A DNA stretch of 64,000 bases from the NCBI RefSeq assembly GCF_001194135.2, contig NC_068992.1, forward strand, positions 5,830,547 through 5,894,546, written 5' to 3'. The notes beneath the pieces are model-generated. The model made no database searches and had not been told where the DNA came from. It saw nothing but the letters and a program-made list of their open reading frames with translations. Source of the stretch: Octopus bimaculoides (taxonomy: Eukaryota). The translations under genes and the position numbers were made by a program. Positions 12,633 through 25,510 of the stretch are shown in pieces; the first letter of the stretch is position 1, and each line of letters starts with the position of its first letter.

Positions 12633-12786
12633 ACGGGTTTCTTTCAGGTTCCGTCTACCTGTGTCAGCCAGGAGTCTTTAGTTGGCCCCAGCCTATAGAA
12701 GAATCACTTGCCCTAGGTGTCACGCAGTGGAACTGATCCTGAACCCATGTGGCTGGGAAGGAAACTTCTTATCACATGGCTACAAC
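12633..12786 (-). mobile_element. SINE family 2, 5' half
   Basis: Reverse complement ...tgataagaagtttccttcccagccacatgggttcaggatcagttccactgcgtgacacctagggcaagtg... aligns with 27272-27420. Confidence 0.8.
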
Positions 12787-13477
12787 TCTCATTAATCTTT
12801 CTGAAATGTATAAAAGATATTGCGAATATAGAGCAGTACATTGTCGCATTTCGTTGAGATTGTCGCTTAAGCATATCCTTGCGAAATCTCTTTCTGCTTT
12901 TATATTCTAAATCCGCCGTTGACGACGTATGCCCTGCTCCGTCTCCCATCACGTTTTAACCAAAGCAACCCTGGTATCTATGGTAGAAGTGGTTCGTTGG
13001 AGGGGTAAATATATGTCTCCTCTTTCATCGGCCTGTAAAACTTTAAGACCTACCAAACATACAGTACGCATGTGTGTGCGTATCACGTGTTATTGCTTTC
13101 TTACAACATGGTGTAGTATTAAAATTTTCAATGATCTCCATTTCCACGAACTCTGTCTCACGTAAGAAATTATTCACGACGACAGAATCAAACTTACGTT
13201 TCGAATGACATAACTAAATTTATTATAGGTCATTTCTTTTGTCTCCTTCAATAAATAACTTAAATGGATTAACTTCGTTCTTATTGTGGATTACTCTAGC
13301 CACCTGAACCAAATAAACACACAAATACACACAACACACATATGCACATACACTCACACACGCATATAATATATCTCGTGCATATAGTTACATTCAGTGA
13401 AACGAGTGAAAGTAAAGATGGCAGACAACTTCACCCAGAGTGAGCTTTGAACGTACAACAGTAACTATCAGCAGACA

Positions 13478-13600
13478 TACCTACTACATATATGGGAAAC
13501 TCAGTGTGTGGGTGTGTTTGTGGAGTTGTTAGCTAACTCCTCCTACATCGTTGTAACGATTTTGATGAAACTTTACACGTAATATATCGATTTTCAATTT
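13478..13600 (+). mobile_element. Non-autonomous Helitron-like repeat, 5' part (second copy)
   Basis: ctactacatatatgggaaac...ggtgtgtttgtggagttgttagctaactcc...gattttgatgaaactttacac; the 30-nt core is 29/30 identical to the reverse complement of the 12.2 kb copy. Confidence 0.55.
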
Positions 13601-15024
13601 GCTTCCACTGGCTTGGGTACTACTCTAATTACTGGTATTAATAGCTATGATATACAAAATATATATAGGAGAAATCATGATAAATGCATGTGTTTCAACA
13701 TTGCGGCTATTTGAAAGCTTTGCATTGGATTCGAGCTACATCGGTTTACCAGGAAAATTATAACATGCATATGCACTCAAATGCAAACACACAAAGAATC
13801 ACACAGGCATATATATAAATATACATTTTCTGAATAAGTGTTAAAATTTCATTCAGCTATTTGTCCTGAACTTACTGTTTCTACATACTCCACCATGCGG
13901 TTTCGTTGCTGTTTCTACTATAAAATGTGTAATAGAACTGACAACTCACTACCATATTTAATTGAACATTTAAACTATTTTCAGGAAGAATTTTTCAATT
14001 CTATTTGCATTGCTTCACTTTAGAAATATTTATATATTTAAATATATAAACATCAATAAACATATGAAGTGTAAAGATATTCCATAATTTAAAATTAATC
14101 AATATAATTGAAATTAGAAAAATATGATAAATGAATTTACACTTAGACAGGTTTATATTTTGTTTTGTAATTCACCAAAATATTGTGCAAATAATTTCTG
14201 GTGAAGACAAAGAATACATTTTAGAGAAACGGAAAATACAAGAAATCAGTGAATTTATACAAGAATTCCATGGTTTTACCAATGTTTTGTATAAAGCTAT
14301 AGAAATAAACCTGTTATTATTTTATAAACTGAAAAGATAATTTTCAAATAACAGTACATATCAATATGTTATACTAAAATTATCGAATTGTACAACTGTT
14401 TTATGATACACAACAAATATATAAAACTTTGGAACTAGAACATCCAACGCATAAATCTTTTTATATAATGAGTTTTATCAAATGGCCCATATCATTGGTT
14501 AAAGATTTATGACCGAGTACTAATATTAAAGGAATAAAAATAGAATGACTGGACATGGTACGTTCTCCTTCGTATGCCCTACGTGTTCAATGATATTTAC
14601 CGTTGGAATCTGTATTATTTCAAAAATAGTTCAGTTAGGATTCTATTATCTATCATGTTTGTTTCTTTTTTAAGTCATTATATCTTGATATTGTTCTGTT
14701 ATGCATTCAGTTGCCCGTTTCACAGATTTCCCTTCACAGTATTAGAACTCTTCAATGTAAATTTGGAAAAGATGTCATCATTCAAGATGTTTACAAGATT
14801 CGTATATGAGAGGCTTTCCCGTATGTGATGGTGTGTGTCTGTGTGTTCGTGTGGGTGTGCGTGTGCGTATCTGTGTGTATCTGTACGTGTGGGTGTGCGT
14901 GTGCGTATGTGTGTGTGCGTGTGGTGCTTTTATTACACTGAATCAAAGAAAAATCTGGTATTCTCGTAAACTTCTATCTGTCAATACATATATACATAGA
15001 TAGATAGATATACATACATACATT

Positions 15025-15074
<50 letters not shown>

Positions 15075-15203
15075 NNNNNNNNNNNNNNNNNNNNNNNNNN
15101 NNNNNNNGCTCAACTCATGACCTAATCATATTCTCATTTGAAACAATATATCAAGCACTGAGACAAACTCACACACGCAGACGTATGCACCTATATACAT
15201 AAC

Positions 15204-15236
<33 letters not shown>

Positions 15237-16039
15237 GGGGGGAGGGGGGAGAGAAAGAGAGAGGGGGGAGAGATATACATGTTAGTATGTGCTTGTAATT
15301 CGTTTATGTAGCGTCTAGTCCTCACCGTGGACATTACTACCGAAACTAATTCTCTTCATGTTATTCGTGTTTCTAGCTGTAATTTATCTCTCATATCTCT
15401 AATATCCTAGTCATGATGGAGTCAACTGTTAATAAATTAAATTCTCCTGTCGGAAGATCATGTGGTATCCTGGTGTCATTTTGTCTCACATTATCACGGT
15501 TCAACTACACTTTTGGTCAACCATGTATAAAGTTGCGATGTGTGTCCGCCAGTATATTCGATTTTAAGGTGGTAATACCTTTTAGTTGAAATATTTAATA
15601 TATCAAGCGACTATATACTAGTCTCGAATCAATACATGTTGGAATGGTGAGTATTACTACATACCTGACGGAATGTTATTTAGAGTTTTGACAATGTTGT
15701 TTTTAGCAAATGGTAGTCACGAATCAAATATTTAGAATGAAAATAGAAAACATTGATAAAATCTTATCTAACCGTTCTTGTTTGGAATTCAAATAAGTTC
15801 TATTATTTTGCCGAGATTAACGGCATCTATCATTTCACTTTGTGTCATATACAGAGTCGATAAACCAATTAAATTAAATTGTTACAATATTTACAATTCA
15901 TTTCAGTGACAAATTTGAAAGAAAAGTTGCAGTTTCACATGCAACGTTTCTGCTATCTTTTGTTACAATTTAATAGAATAAAATAGATTTCTAAATTAGA
16001 GATGATTGTTTTCTGTTTTCTTTTTTTATGAAATAGTAA

Positions 16040-16500
16040 TGGCCCGTGGTTTATACTGGAGAAGGTGACTGATCACTTCGCTTCTCCAAGTAACATTTCT
16101 TCTAAAATTTCAAGTTCCACGAAAGAACGGTGCAACGATTCTCTTTTGACAGATCCGACAGAAAATGATCAAACCACATCACATAAGATGTTTAGGTGAT
16201 GTATTCATGCACGACTCTTTTGATGGTCCATTGTGAAAGCTTGAGACGTTTTACAATGGCTCTGGCTATTTTTGCGAGGTACGTAATCTTTTATTTCTAG
16301 AAATTCATGTACAAAGTTTTGATGAAATTAGGGTCCTGTACATTTATTTTTCATTTAGCTGCTGATGATGATAGAGCCATATAAGCAAGCTCCAGTTTTA
16401 TCGAACTTTAACAATGAAGTATCACTGAATCATTATGCCACATTTTAAGACAATGATTACTGTGTATCTTTGTTGCTCATAACAATCTTTTCGACACATC
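16040..16500 (-). mobile_element. Possible decayed mariner transposase N-terminal half
   Basis: Minus frames give EQQRYTVIIVLKCG, AIVKRLKLSQWTIKRVVHEYI, MWFDHFLSDLSKENR and LLGEAK*, colinear with mariner EQR.VI.F..K.G / L.IS..TV..IL.E.L / RWVPH.LT..QK..R / TGDEKW. Confidence 0.4.
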
Positions 16501-17129
16501 CTGCATCGTTTTCATATGAGTGGGAAACCATAAAACTAGTTGTGGTGCATCTCTCGAAGCTGAATCGCCCTGTCAGTTAGTGATAACGGGTCTCTCGTTC
16601 AATGAACACGTTTTCACCTCAATTTAATACAACATGTAGATAGTGACCGTAGGTTCAAACCGATGGGCTGGAATGGTGAGAGGGAGGTTCCGTCTCGAAT
16701 TTATAGATATGGCAGGGAATAATAAAATAGAAATAAGAATAAGTAGCATAAAATTTACAATAAATTAAAGTAAAATATTGCGTTTCATCACTCAAATATA
16801 GTAACGTCCAAACGCACACATGCGGTCTTTTGTACACAAATAAGCACACACCCGCTCATATTCAAAGTTACATGGATTTCAGTAATCACTTTGGCACCTA
16901 TTCTACCATTATTGTGAGACAAAGCAGTATAATCTCTGGCTGACATGGTCAGGGGTTTCAGTTAGTCATAAATCTATCAGTGGCAATTTACCACATGTAT
17001 ATATGACCACATCCTTCTATATATCTCCATACATACTAATTAATAAACATGTAGGGCAAGATTCATAACAGACGAACTGTAGACAGGAATATAGCTTCGT
17101 AATCCAGGCCTTCCGTTATTGGTGCTTGC

Positions 17130-17345
17130 TAGGTGTTGATGGACCGTGGCTTATTGACAGGGGATGCACGTCCCCGATTTCCTTGGCCATACCGTTCCAC
17201 ATAAATTTGCTTGACAGCAACCGCCGTGTGGTTTTAGTACCCGGATGGGAAAGTCCGTGAATGACGTCGAAAACTTCCTTTCGCCAAGCTGATAGGATGA
17301 TCGGTCGTGGCTTCCCAGTGGATACGTCGCACAGTAGGGTTGTGC
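17130..17345 (-). pseudogene. Ty3/Gypsy integrase H2C2 zinc-binding domain fragment
   Basis: TTLLCDVSTGKPRPIILSAWRKEVFDVIHGLSHPGTKTTRRLLSSKFMWNGMAKEIG-(frameshift)-TCIPCQ: complete H-x3-H...C-x2-C motif. Confidence 0.9.
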
Positions 17346-17359
17346 CGTTAAAACCAAAT

Positions 17360-17755
17360 TGTACAGTTATATATTTGTTAAGCTTTACACAAACAAACTA
17401 GTGGAGACGAGAATATATATCTCAATGGTTTATTACTTTAGGTACATCAGGGCTTAACTCATGTTCCCATGTCGACACACAGTACACCCAGATCATCCGT
17501 ACCAAACGACTTCTGCACGGCTAAGATTGTGTTCGTCCAACGTGACATACGGTGAAAACCCCTCCAGTCACCCAATGATTGTCCATATGAAACCATACAT
17601 CCGGGAGATAAATCATTGCATCTCCTAATTGGCTGACGACAAGACAGTCTCCATTGATAGGTTGAAACCGGCCCATCTCGATGCTGACAGCCCTTTTCAG
17701 GTAGCCCAACCAGCAAACAGGGGTCGCTCTAGGTAGATCACAACAACCCTTGACA
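17360..17755 (-). mobile_element. Solo-LTR-like segment inside the Gypsy remnant
   Basis: Minus strand runs TGT(CAAGGG)...AATAAA...CTGTACA, with the polyA signal about 70 nt from the end, and is followed by ATTTGGT (PBS-like TGG). No clean 4-6 bp TSD. Confidence 0.45.
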
Positions 17756-18187
17756 AGGAAGAGTCACCAAATAACCAAGTAATCACACGCATGAGCAGTA
17801 CAATTAAAACGCTTTCCCGGTTCTAATGAGAGTAAACAGTTCTGTGGCGGAGCAATGTAGGCCAGGATTCATGACAGACGAACTGTAGACAGGAACTTCA
17901 CTGCGGGCTAGCTAGGGAGTTGGTCAGCAGCGAAGTGGACTTCCGGATTGAGAAGGGAAACAAAATAATGTTAGCAGTGAGCGTTAAATGAATTTGAATT
18001 AAACGAATCATAAATAACTGATGACGGCAGGTAACCAGTTTGCTGTGACCGAGCTTTAGATGACATACTTCAAGGTCTATACCGTAATATAAAATTATTA
18101 CATATACATATACATAAGCATATACATATACATATACATATGCATGCAAAAAAAAAAACACACACACACAGACATATTTATTTGTGT

Positions 18188-18221
<34 letters not shown>

Positions 18222-18269
18222 TTATTTGTGTGTACACACACACATATATATATATAGTGAGAGAGAGAA

Positions 18270-18305
18270 ATAGGCAGAGACACACATGCATACAAACAGA
18301 CAGAC

Positions 18306-18374
<69 letters not shown>

Positions 18375-18375
18375 C
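18270..18375. repeat. (GACA)/(GATA)n microsatellite within a larger CA/TA low-complexity tract (18100-19120)
   Basis: Directly visible. Confidence 0.95.
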
Positions 18376-18843
18376 GAGAGAGATTTGAATGCACTTATGC
18401 AATTTCTATAAGTATATGTGAAATATGTACATATTTATCCAAACTCGGCCGTCCATATACAACATAGAAGTACACACGCCAACACATATACTTATGAGTT
18501 TATGCGTTTGTGTATAAAGCAAAGCGTACATTAGTCGAAAAAAGAAGAGTATAAACGATATGGGGAAATGTATATTCGTTGACAACAAAATAAAATGTGT
18601 CCATTATAGCATTATAAATGCAGACATATACAATGGGCATCGTTACAAAATTTTCATGTTAGCGAAAGTTCTTCTCATAACTTTGACTAGTAGTATTTCT
18701 CCACTGATATCATGAGTTTCTTTTTTATATTCTCAACAATCCATATGGATATTTGTCTAAATTCACATCTTGCATACTAGCATTCTACGGCCATTGCACA
18801 CGTATACTCACATGTTATACACACACGCATACTCACTGGTACA

Positions 18844-18927
<84 letters not shown>

Positions 18928-19059
18928 TTTGCATATATATATACACACATATACACACAGACACATATATATAAATACGTGTACACATATATGCCTACAT
19001 ATGAAGATGCATATATATGTGTATGCGTATGTATACATAAACATACATATGTATCTATC

Positions 19060-19119
<60 letters not shown>

Positions 19120-21229
19120 TTTGTATCTATCTGTGTTTTGTGTACATACAAAAGACGTAAGGACGTTAACTTTGTAGGATTCATTTAATGGATTACGAAG
19201 AATAGAAAAAGAATCTGAAAATAGATAAATTTAAAATAAGAATTGCTAAAGATTCACATTGGAAATCTTTTATACAGTTTAGGTAAAAGAAGAAATCTTT
19301 TCAAAATATCTGTCGTATTTAATGATGTGTATGAACTCAAAATAATACTGATTTCTCGCGTGGAAAATGCATTATCAGTGTAATGGTCCGTATACTATTT
19401 TATAAACGGATGGTCAACAGACGATATGAACATATAAACAGCAAGTAGAGTTTTTTATTCATTATCTATGTAACGATTCCAAATAACATTAAGTTTGTTC
19501 AATTTTTCCTGCTCTTTTATATTATTTTTTTTCTGTTTAACAGATTCATTAATGAACTTACTGCGAGTTACAATTCACTCGGATTTAGAGTACTTAGTGT
19601 GATTTACGTTAACACTAGCGATATATATTTTCCATTTTATCTGTCAGGCTCGCAATGACCGACAACAGAATATTATAGTGTAGTCTACTGTGTGTCTGAA
19701 AATATATGCTTAGGTTGCTAATGATAGTGTAAAGAGTCCGTGGACGTTTGCGTGGTGATAGCGTTTTATTGGTTAATCTTCATTCATCATCAATCAACGA
19801 GCGATATTTGACAAGCAGCCGTCTTCGAGAATTTTGTCTTACACATTTGTGCCTTCTTTTCGTTGCATGCTATGTCGTTTTAGATTTTGCTAATGATTTT
19901 CTAACAAATGATATTATCAATATTTTTTGAAATACGCTTCGTTATAGTACAGCTTTTAATAAACTAGAAACTAGCTGCTGCTCAGTATCTCTCCGTAAAC
20001 AAATACAAGAATGTTTATCGATGTTATCGTACATTTTTTTTCCAATAATGTGACAGTCATACTAGTTAAACTGGTCGACGTTTGGATTTCAAAAAGTATG
20101 AAAGTAGAATTGAGAAATGCGCATGCTCAAAAGGGTTACAGAATGTTATAATAAACTTTAAAATTGATGGAACTAGCATTGTTAATCAAAAATATTGGAG
20201 AAACACACATGTATTCATATATAGGGGCATTATATATACACACGTATTTGACATTGATATCAAATAATGTGTCTGGTTGTACGTAGCTTTTCAATTAATT
20301 GTAATTTGCTTTTGTTCTTTATTTTGTTTAGAGATCGATTTTTAAGCACTATTGGTTTGATACCTGAGGAATTATGCACGTCTACACTGCCAGCCAGCAC
20401 ACCATATTCACCTCCCCAGTATACCTCCATTTTTCTTCAACGTCTCTTGATCTTGCCTCCTTCCCCGAGGAGGGATGGTATTTGTCAGTTTGCGTAGCTC
20501 TACACGTGAGAACTCAAAACATAGTACTTTTAATCAAGTGAAATATAAATATCAACATATTTCAGCTATGATTTAGTTGTAGAATATTTTTTATTGTAAC
20601 AGTCTTTCTGGAAGTGCACTTTCATTAGCGATTTTAAAATGAATAATGCCAATTACTAGGATAATATCAATTATATTTGTTCTTCAAAGAGCTTAGTCAC
20701 ACTAGAGTAAAGAACAGATATTCAAAGCAGTCAATTGGTTAACTGGAAATAAGAGTGAATTTTCTATTAGTTCACATCCTACGTTTTGAAATAATGTTAA
20801 ACATATGGGCTAATGCAATGGCTTGCATTTTCAAAAAGAGGAAATATCCTCATATCGGCAACATCGTCATTCATAATATTTCCTATTATCGGCTTCATAC
20901 GGCTCGATAAAAATACCATAATGCTGGGTATTGAACACAAAAAAAACATAGTCCGAGCGAGTCATTAATATTATGAAATGGTAAAGAAAATAATATAATC
21001 AATAAGGATGTTTGTTCCTTGTTGACTGAGTTAAAGGAAGAACAGTGTGTTTCAATCTATTACAATCATACTCTTTTGTCTTTCTCCGTCACAACATATG
21101 AATGAGAAAGGAAGGGGAGAGAAATGAATGAGGACTGCAGTTGAAAAGTATATAATAAATACACATTGAACACTTTATACACGTACCTAATTCATTCATA
21201 TTAAGAAATTTATGTTATAAATTTTGAAT

Positions 21230-21520
21230 AATTAGTATTTTGCATCAACTATAAGTCACGGACGGATTTGTGTTGCTTTAAGTCGTATGAATTTAGGTTG
21301 GTTTCAGTAAAGGAGAGCGCAATTGAAAGGATAGGTCGCTTTGAAAAAGTTGGTATTTACTTGCCAACTCCTGTATTTAGTCACGGCCAGCTTCATGTGG
21401 CCCTTATGTCATAAAAAAGGGAAGGAAAACTTTAAAATTCTTTTGAAGGAAACAAGCAGTCATAGAATGTTAATAGCGGATAGATTTTTCACAAAAACAT
21501 AATTAGTAATAATAGAATTA
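21230..21520 (+). mobile_element. Helitron Rep-Hel helicase C-terminal fragment (PIF1-family motif VI)
   Basis: 21340-21405 reads FEKVGIYLPTPVFSHGQLHVAL, versus the Helitron pattern F.KVGI.L..PVFSHGQLYVALSR. A second decayed SHGRICVALSR starts at 21254, and a TKNI-like tail lies near 21490. Stops present. Confidence 0.85.
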
Positions 21521-21554
21521 TTAAACTAAAAACTTGGTTTTGTACCTTTAATAT

Positions 21555-22400
21555 ATCAAAATACTACAATTAGCCGTCATTTTTGACGCCCTTTTTTCTT
21601 ATTTCCTTTTTTTTTTTCCTTTTTTTTTTTGTATCGTCAGATTTTGGGAGTAGGAAGATATTTCTTTCTGTCCGCCAAGCAGGTATATGCCCTGGGTTCT
21701 GAATGATATGAATTATAGATACAGTCAGATGTTCGTGCAATTCTGTCGAACATTTTAGCCAGAATTGAGGGATCCAAGCGGGTCCCGTGGGGCTCTATCT
21801 ATTACGCTTTCTAAGAACACACTTTAGCTCTTCTGTTTCTATTGCTTCCCACTATTATTCTTCAACTCCATTTAGTCTGTCTTTCTCACGTTCTATCTAG
21901 TCAATTTTAGTTTTAAAAGTCTTTTTCGCTGCTCCATATCTTCTTCCAGAACTCTTCTACTTTCTTAGTCGTAAGTTTTTGTTTTTATTTTCATTCTGAA
22001 TTACTTCTGCCTGTTTTCCTATAAAATTATTTCACATCCGTGTTCAATTTTTAATAGAATTTGTTTCTTTTATCATAGCTTTTAAGCGGTTGGCCTTTTG
22101 ACTGTGTATGCTGTTTCAAAAGTTCTTTAGCCGTAGGGTGATTTATAAGAACAATCATTTTATATGTTTACTTAATTTTTCTCAATTTCTTCTTTTGAAA
22201 TGTACTCCTCTTTCAAGTTCATTGAGATCTGATACAACCATTCGTCGAGATTCAATCACTTTTTGTATGCTTAATTTCCACTTAGGATCTGTATCTTTAT
22301 GTCTGGCGTTATATCACCAAACTTCAGTGCTCCCAGATAGTAATATACTATTCCTCTGTATCTGTCATTCTATCTTTATTGAGAATTAATATTCCACTTC
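21555..22400 (-). mobile_element. R4/Dong-like non-LTR retrotransposon fragment (pre-RT region and start of RT)
   Basis: Minus strand reads DPKWKLSIQKVIESRRMVVSDLNELERG ... VEEFWKKIWS ... ELKCVLRKRNR*SPTGPAWIPQFWLKCSTELHEHL...PGHIPAWRTERNIFLLPKSDDTK ... RLIV, matching NWKSPGPDG...FWLK...P.W.T.G.T.LLPK...YRPI. Many stops. Confidence 0.9.
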
Positions 22401-25139
22401 TATTTCCATATATTTTCCCGGCGCGCAGTGAATACTGCCTGATTTGTACTGTCGATCTTCGTGAGAATATCCGTACGGACTATGCAAATAGTTTACAGCA
22501 AGAGTTTCACCAGTTTTCTTTAATTTTGCTAAGAACTTAAGATCATAAACAACCTGTAGTTGAATAATGACCGGCTCCGTTTTATCCAAATGGCAACATA
22601 TTCCTATCTTTTGAAGCACCATGCTCAGAGGAATTAGATCAACGCCGGAGAACCAATATTAAATGAGTAAACCTGATAAATGTTGTTTCGTGTTAATAAT
22701 GTCAAGCTCTCCATACATGGAAAATACTGTGGCTGTCCCATTTTTAAAACATATCTCCGCCTGTTCAATGAATCAACCTCAAGAATATTTATGACCTGAT
22801 GTCCCAAATCCTAACCATAAAGCTACATCATTAAACTCCTTAAAGCATGGTCCTATAATACATGCGATATTATGAATACATAAGTTTAATAAAGTTTGAG
22901 TGTTTTACATTACCATAATCATACATGTATGTATTAAATAGGTTCATTTAACAATGGCCTGTTTCCCTCCTCCCATACATCTTTTATCAAATATACTCTT
23001 CAGAAGTTACACGGCATCACCACAACCATTGCTATCAGCTCCTCAGCAACGATAGTCACAGTTGCAACGACATGAGCACAAATCTTTAAGTTCCAAAAAA
23101 TATCCCCGCCATTATCAGCAGCCAAAACACCAACATTATTTCCTCTCACCACTCAACACTACGTCTAACCAGAATTTATTCTAACTGATGATATCCGCCA
23201 TCTGCACATCATCACTAGTGTCACTCTCACCAACATCACCAATATCATCACAAACAGGGTAGCTTCTCTCCAATCACTATTGATTGAAATATTTGGACAA
23301 CTAAATGCTGTACATCAATACAGTCCATAATATATTGTCTCCACATGAACGATTGAGTTGCTAGAGCTACCAAATATATTTCAAATATCCCAATGAGTGA
23401 AGTAATATTAGATACATGCCCGATAAATCACGTGGTTATCAGAGCTGGAACTACTATTCTGTTCCCCCCCCCCCTGATTCAGGGCCGGCCTGACACCAGA
23501 CCACATGAGCGGCAACACATCGTAGTTTTTGTTACTTTTCATTAACCCAGGATTATCCATATTAAAAATAAAAAAAATAAAAAAAACCTTTGACCAAATA
23601 TGTTCCGGTTCTGATTATTCCGTTTGAGGTGGTAGTGTCCCAGGTTAAAACAATGGAAAGTTAACATTTTAAAAGATTGTTTCTGTGAGGTGCTAGAAAC
23701 TCCTTTTCAACAGTCAAAAGTAAAACAAGTCTACATAGATATAATCGGATTACTAGTAATTTAATGCGCTACTTAATAAGAGTTACCTTGTGACTTAACA
23801 GAGATTTACGCTTCTATGACCATATTCGTAAATCTACATGTCACCGCAACATTCTTCGACGAGTAAATATATACATCAATGCAGTTTATTAAACAATAAA
23901 TTATGAGAAATATGAAGACTAAACGGTGAAACAGCTACTGAATATGTGTATCATATTTGCGATACATTGGCGGTACTAACACAAGTCATTAGTTCAGTGA
24001 GTGATAAACGTACCTAACACGTGTACCGTATCAGCTTGTTACGGATTTATTTTGTATTTATTATGGGTTGATATTTAGCAATTATCTCGCACGAGCTGGT
24101 GATATGCTCTTTAGAACTGCATTTAATAATCACCTGCAAATGGTTGATGGTGAAAGATATGCAGTACATGTAACGTGTTGGCACGTGCGCATATCTGAAT
24201 TAGTTTTAACGCCTAATCAATAATTAATTGCATCATGAATGTGTGCATGACACTAGCGCAAAATCTTGAGATACAGATGGAATTTACAACTTCTGTCACA
24301 GCTGAAGTCATCAAATGAATGATTGAACATCTAGGACCTTCTCTTTAAACGCAAATGCGAAGCATGACTTAAAAAAGAAATACGGTTATACAGTTATACG
24401 TGTTCCAGCAATGGAATTACCGTTTCCTTCTGAAATATAGCGTAAATTTATATTCATTAAATTAGTATTTATTCTACAAGACACAGGGGTGTATATAATA
24501 TATTTTTTTCTATTCCTCTAGGCAGTCGAGGGAAGATAGGATTTTCCGATGTATCTATGCATACACATTATACAGGGATTCTGCATGTATTTAGATTTCT
24601 GTGTAAGTATTTAGTTAACTAAATATAATATATGTAAATCTATCCACATATGGTTATATGCCTATAGTCACACCATAGCATATCACCCAGAAGTCATTAA
24701 AGAGATATATAAGGCTAATGTATTGGGTTTGGAATGTTTGCTCAACCGTATTATACGCTGATATTCTCATATTGAACACAAATTTCACATAGATTAGAAT
24801 TAAAATACGATAAAAATAAACGTGATTGTGTGAAGGTGAGGATGATGCTGCAGAAAGGAATAAGAAGAATATTGAGTTGGATGAGGATGATGAAAGGGAA
24901 CCGAGGGGTTGGATGGCGGTGGTAATAATAGGTTTAATTTCCATGAGAATGTAAATAAGTGGGAGGAGAGATGAAAGATATCGGTTGTCTGGAAATATAC
25001 ACATGGGCTTACACATTTCGCCATATATATTTATGAATATATAAATAGATATAAATAAGTGTATCTGTCAGCTGCATCCAATTATGGATATCACAGAGCA
25101 CACTCTGGTAGACAGGCAGATCGATACACAGAGACAAAG

Positions 25140-25144
25140 ATAGG

Positions 25145-25219
<75 letters not shown>

Positions 25220-25510
25220 GTATATAGTGAAAATGGGCAGATATATAGATAGATAAGAAGAAAAACATAGAATGAAACAGACACATAGATAGAAGATAGC
25301 GAGATACAGAAGAAAAAAAACACGCAGAAAGGCAGAGATTAGATGGGTATGTAGATAGATAGATATATAGATAGATAGATATATAGATAGATAGATATAT
25401 AGATAGATTGATAGATAGATAGATAGATAGATACATACATACAAACATACATACATACATACATACATACATACATACATACATACATACATACATACAT
25501 ACATACATAG
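25140..25510. repeat. Compound (GATA)n ... (CATA)n microsatellites
   Basis: Directly visible. Confidence 0.95.

Larger units (their letters stand above)
17050..17962 (-). mobile_element. Internally deleted Ty3/Gypsy LTR retrotransposon remnant (possibly CsRn1-like)
   Basis: GC-richer block bounded by a 40-bp direct repeat starting TGTAG (17050-17089 and 17856-17895; 37/40 identical), with an internal integrase fragment. Candidate outer end ...AACA at 17962 with flanks AAACA/AAATA (speculative). Confidence 0.65.

Noticed and set aside
22386-22622. 78-aa minus ORF as a host gene exon
   Set aside because: In-frame stop between the nearest acceptor and the ATG; contiguous and co-oriented with the R4-like LINE, so probably its N-terminal region.
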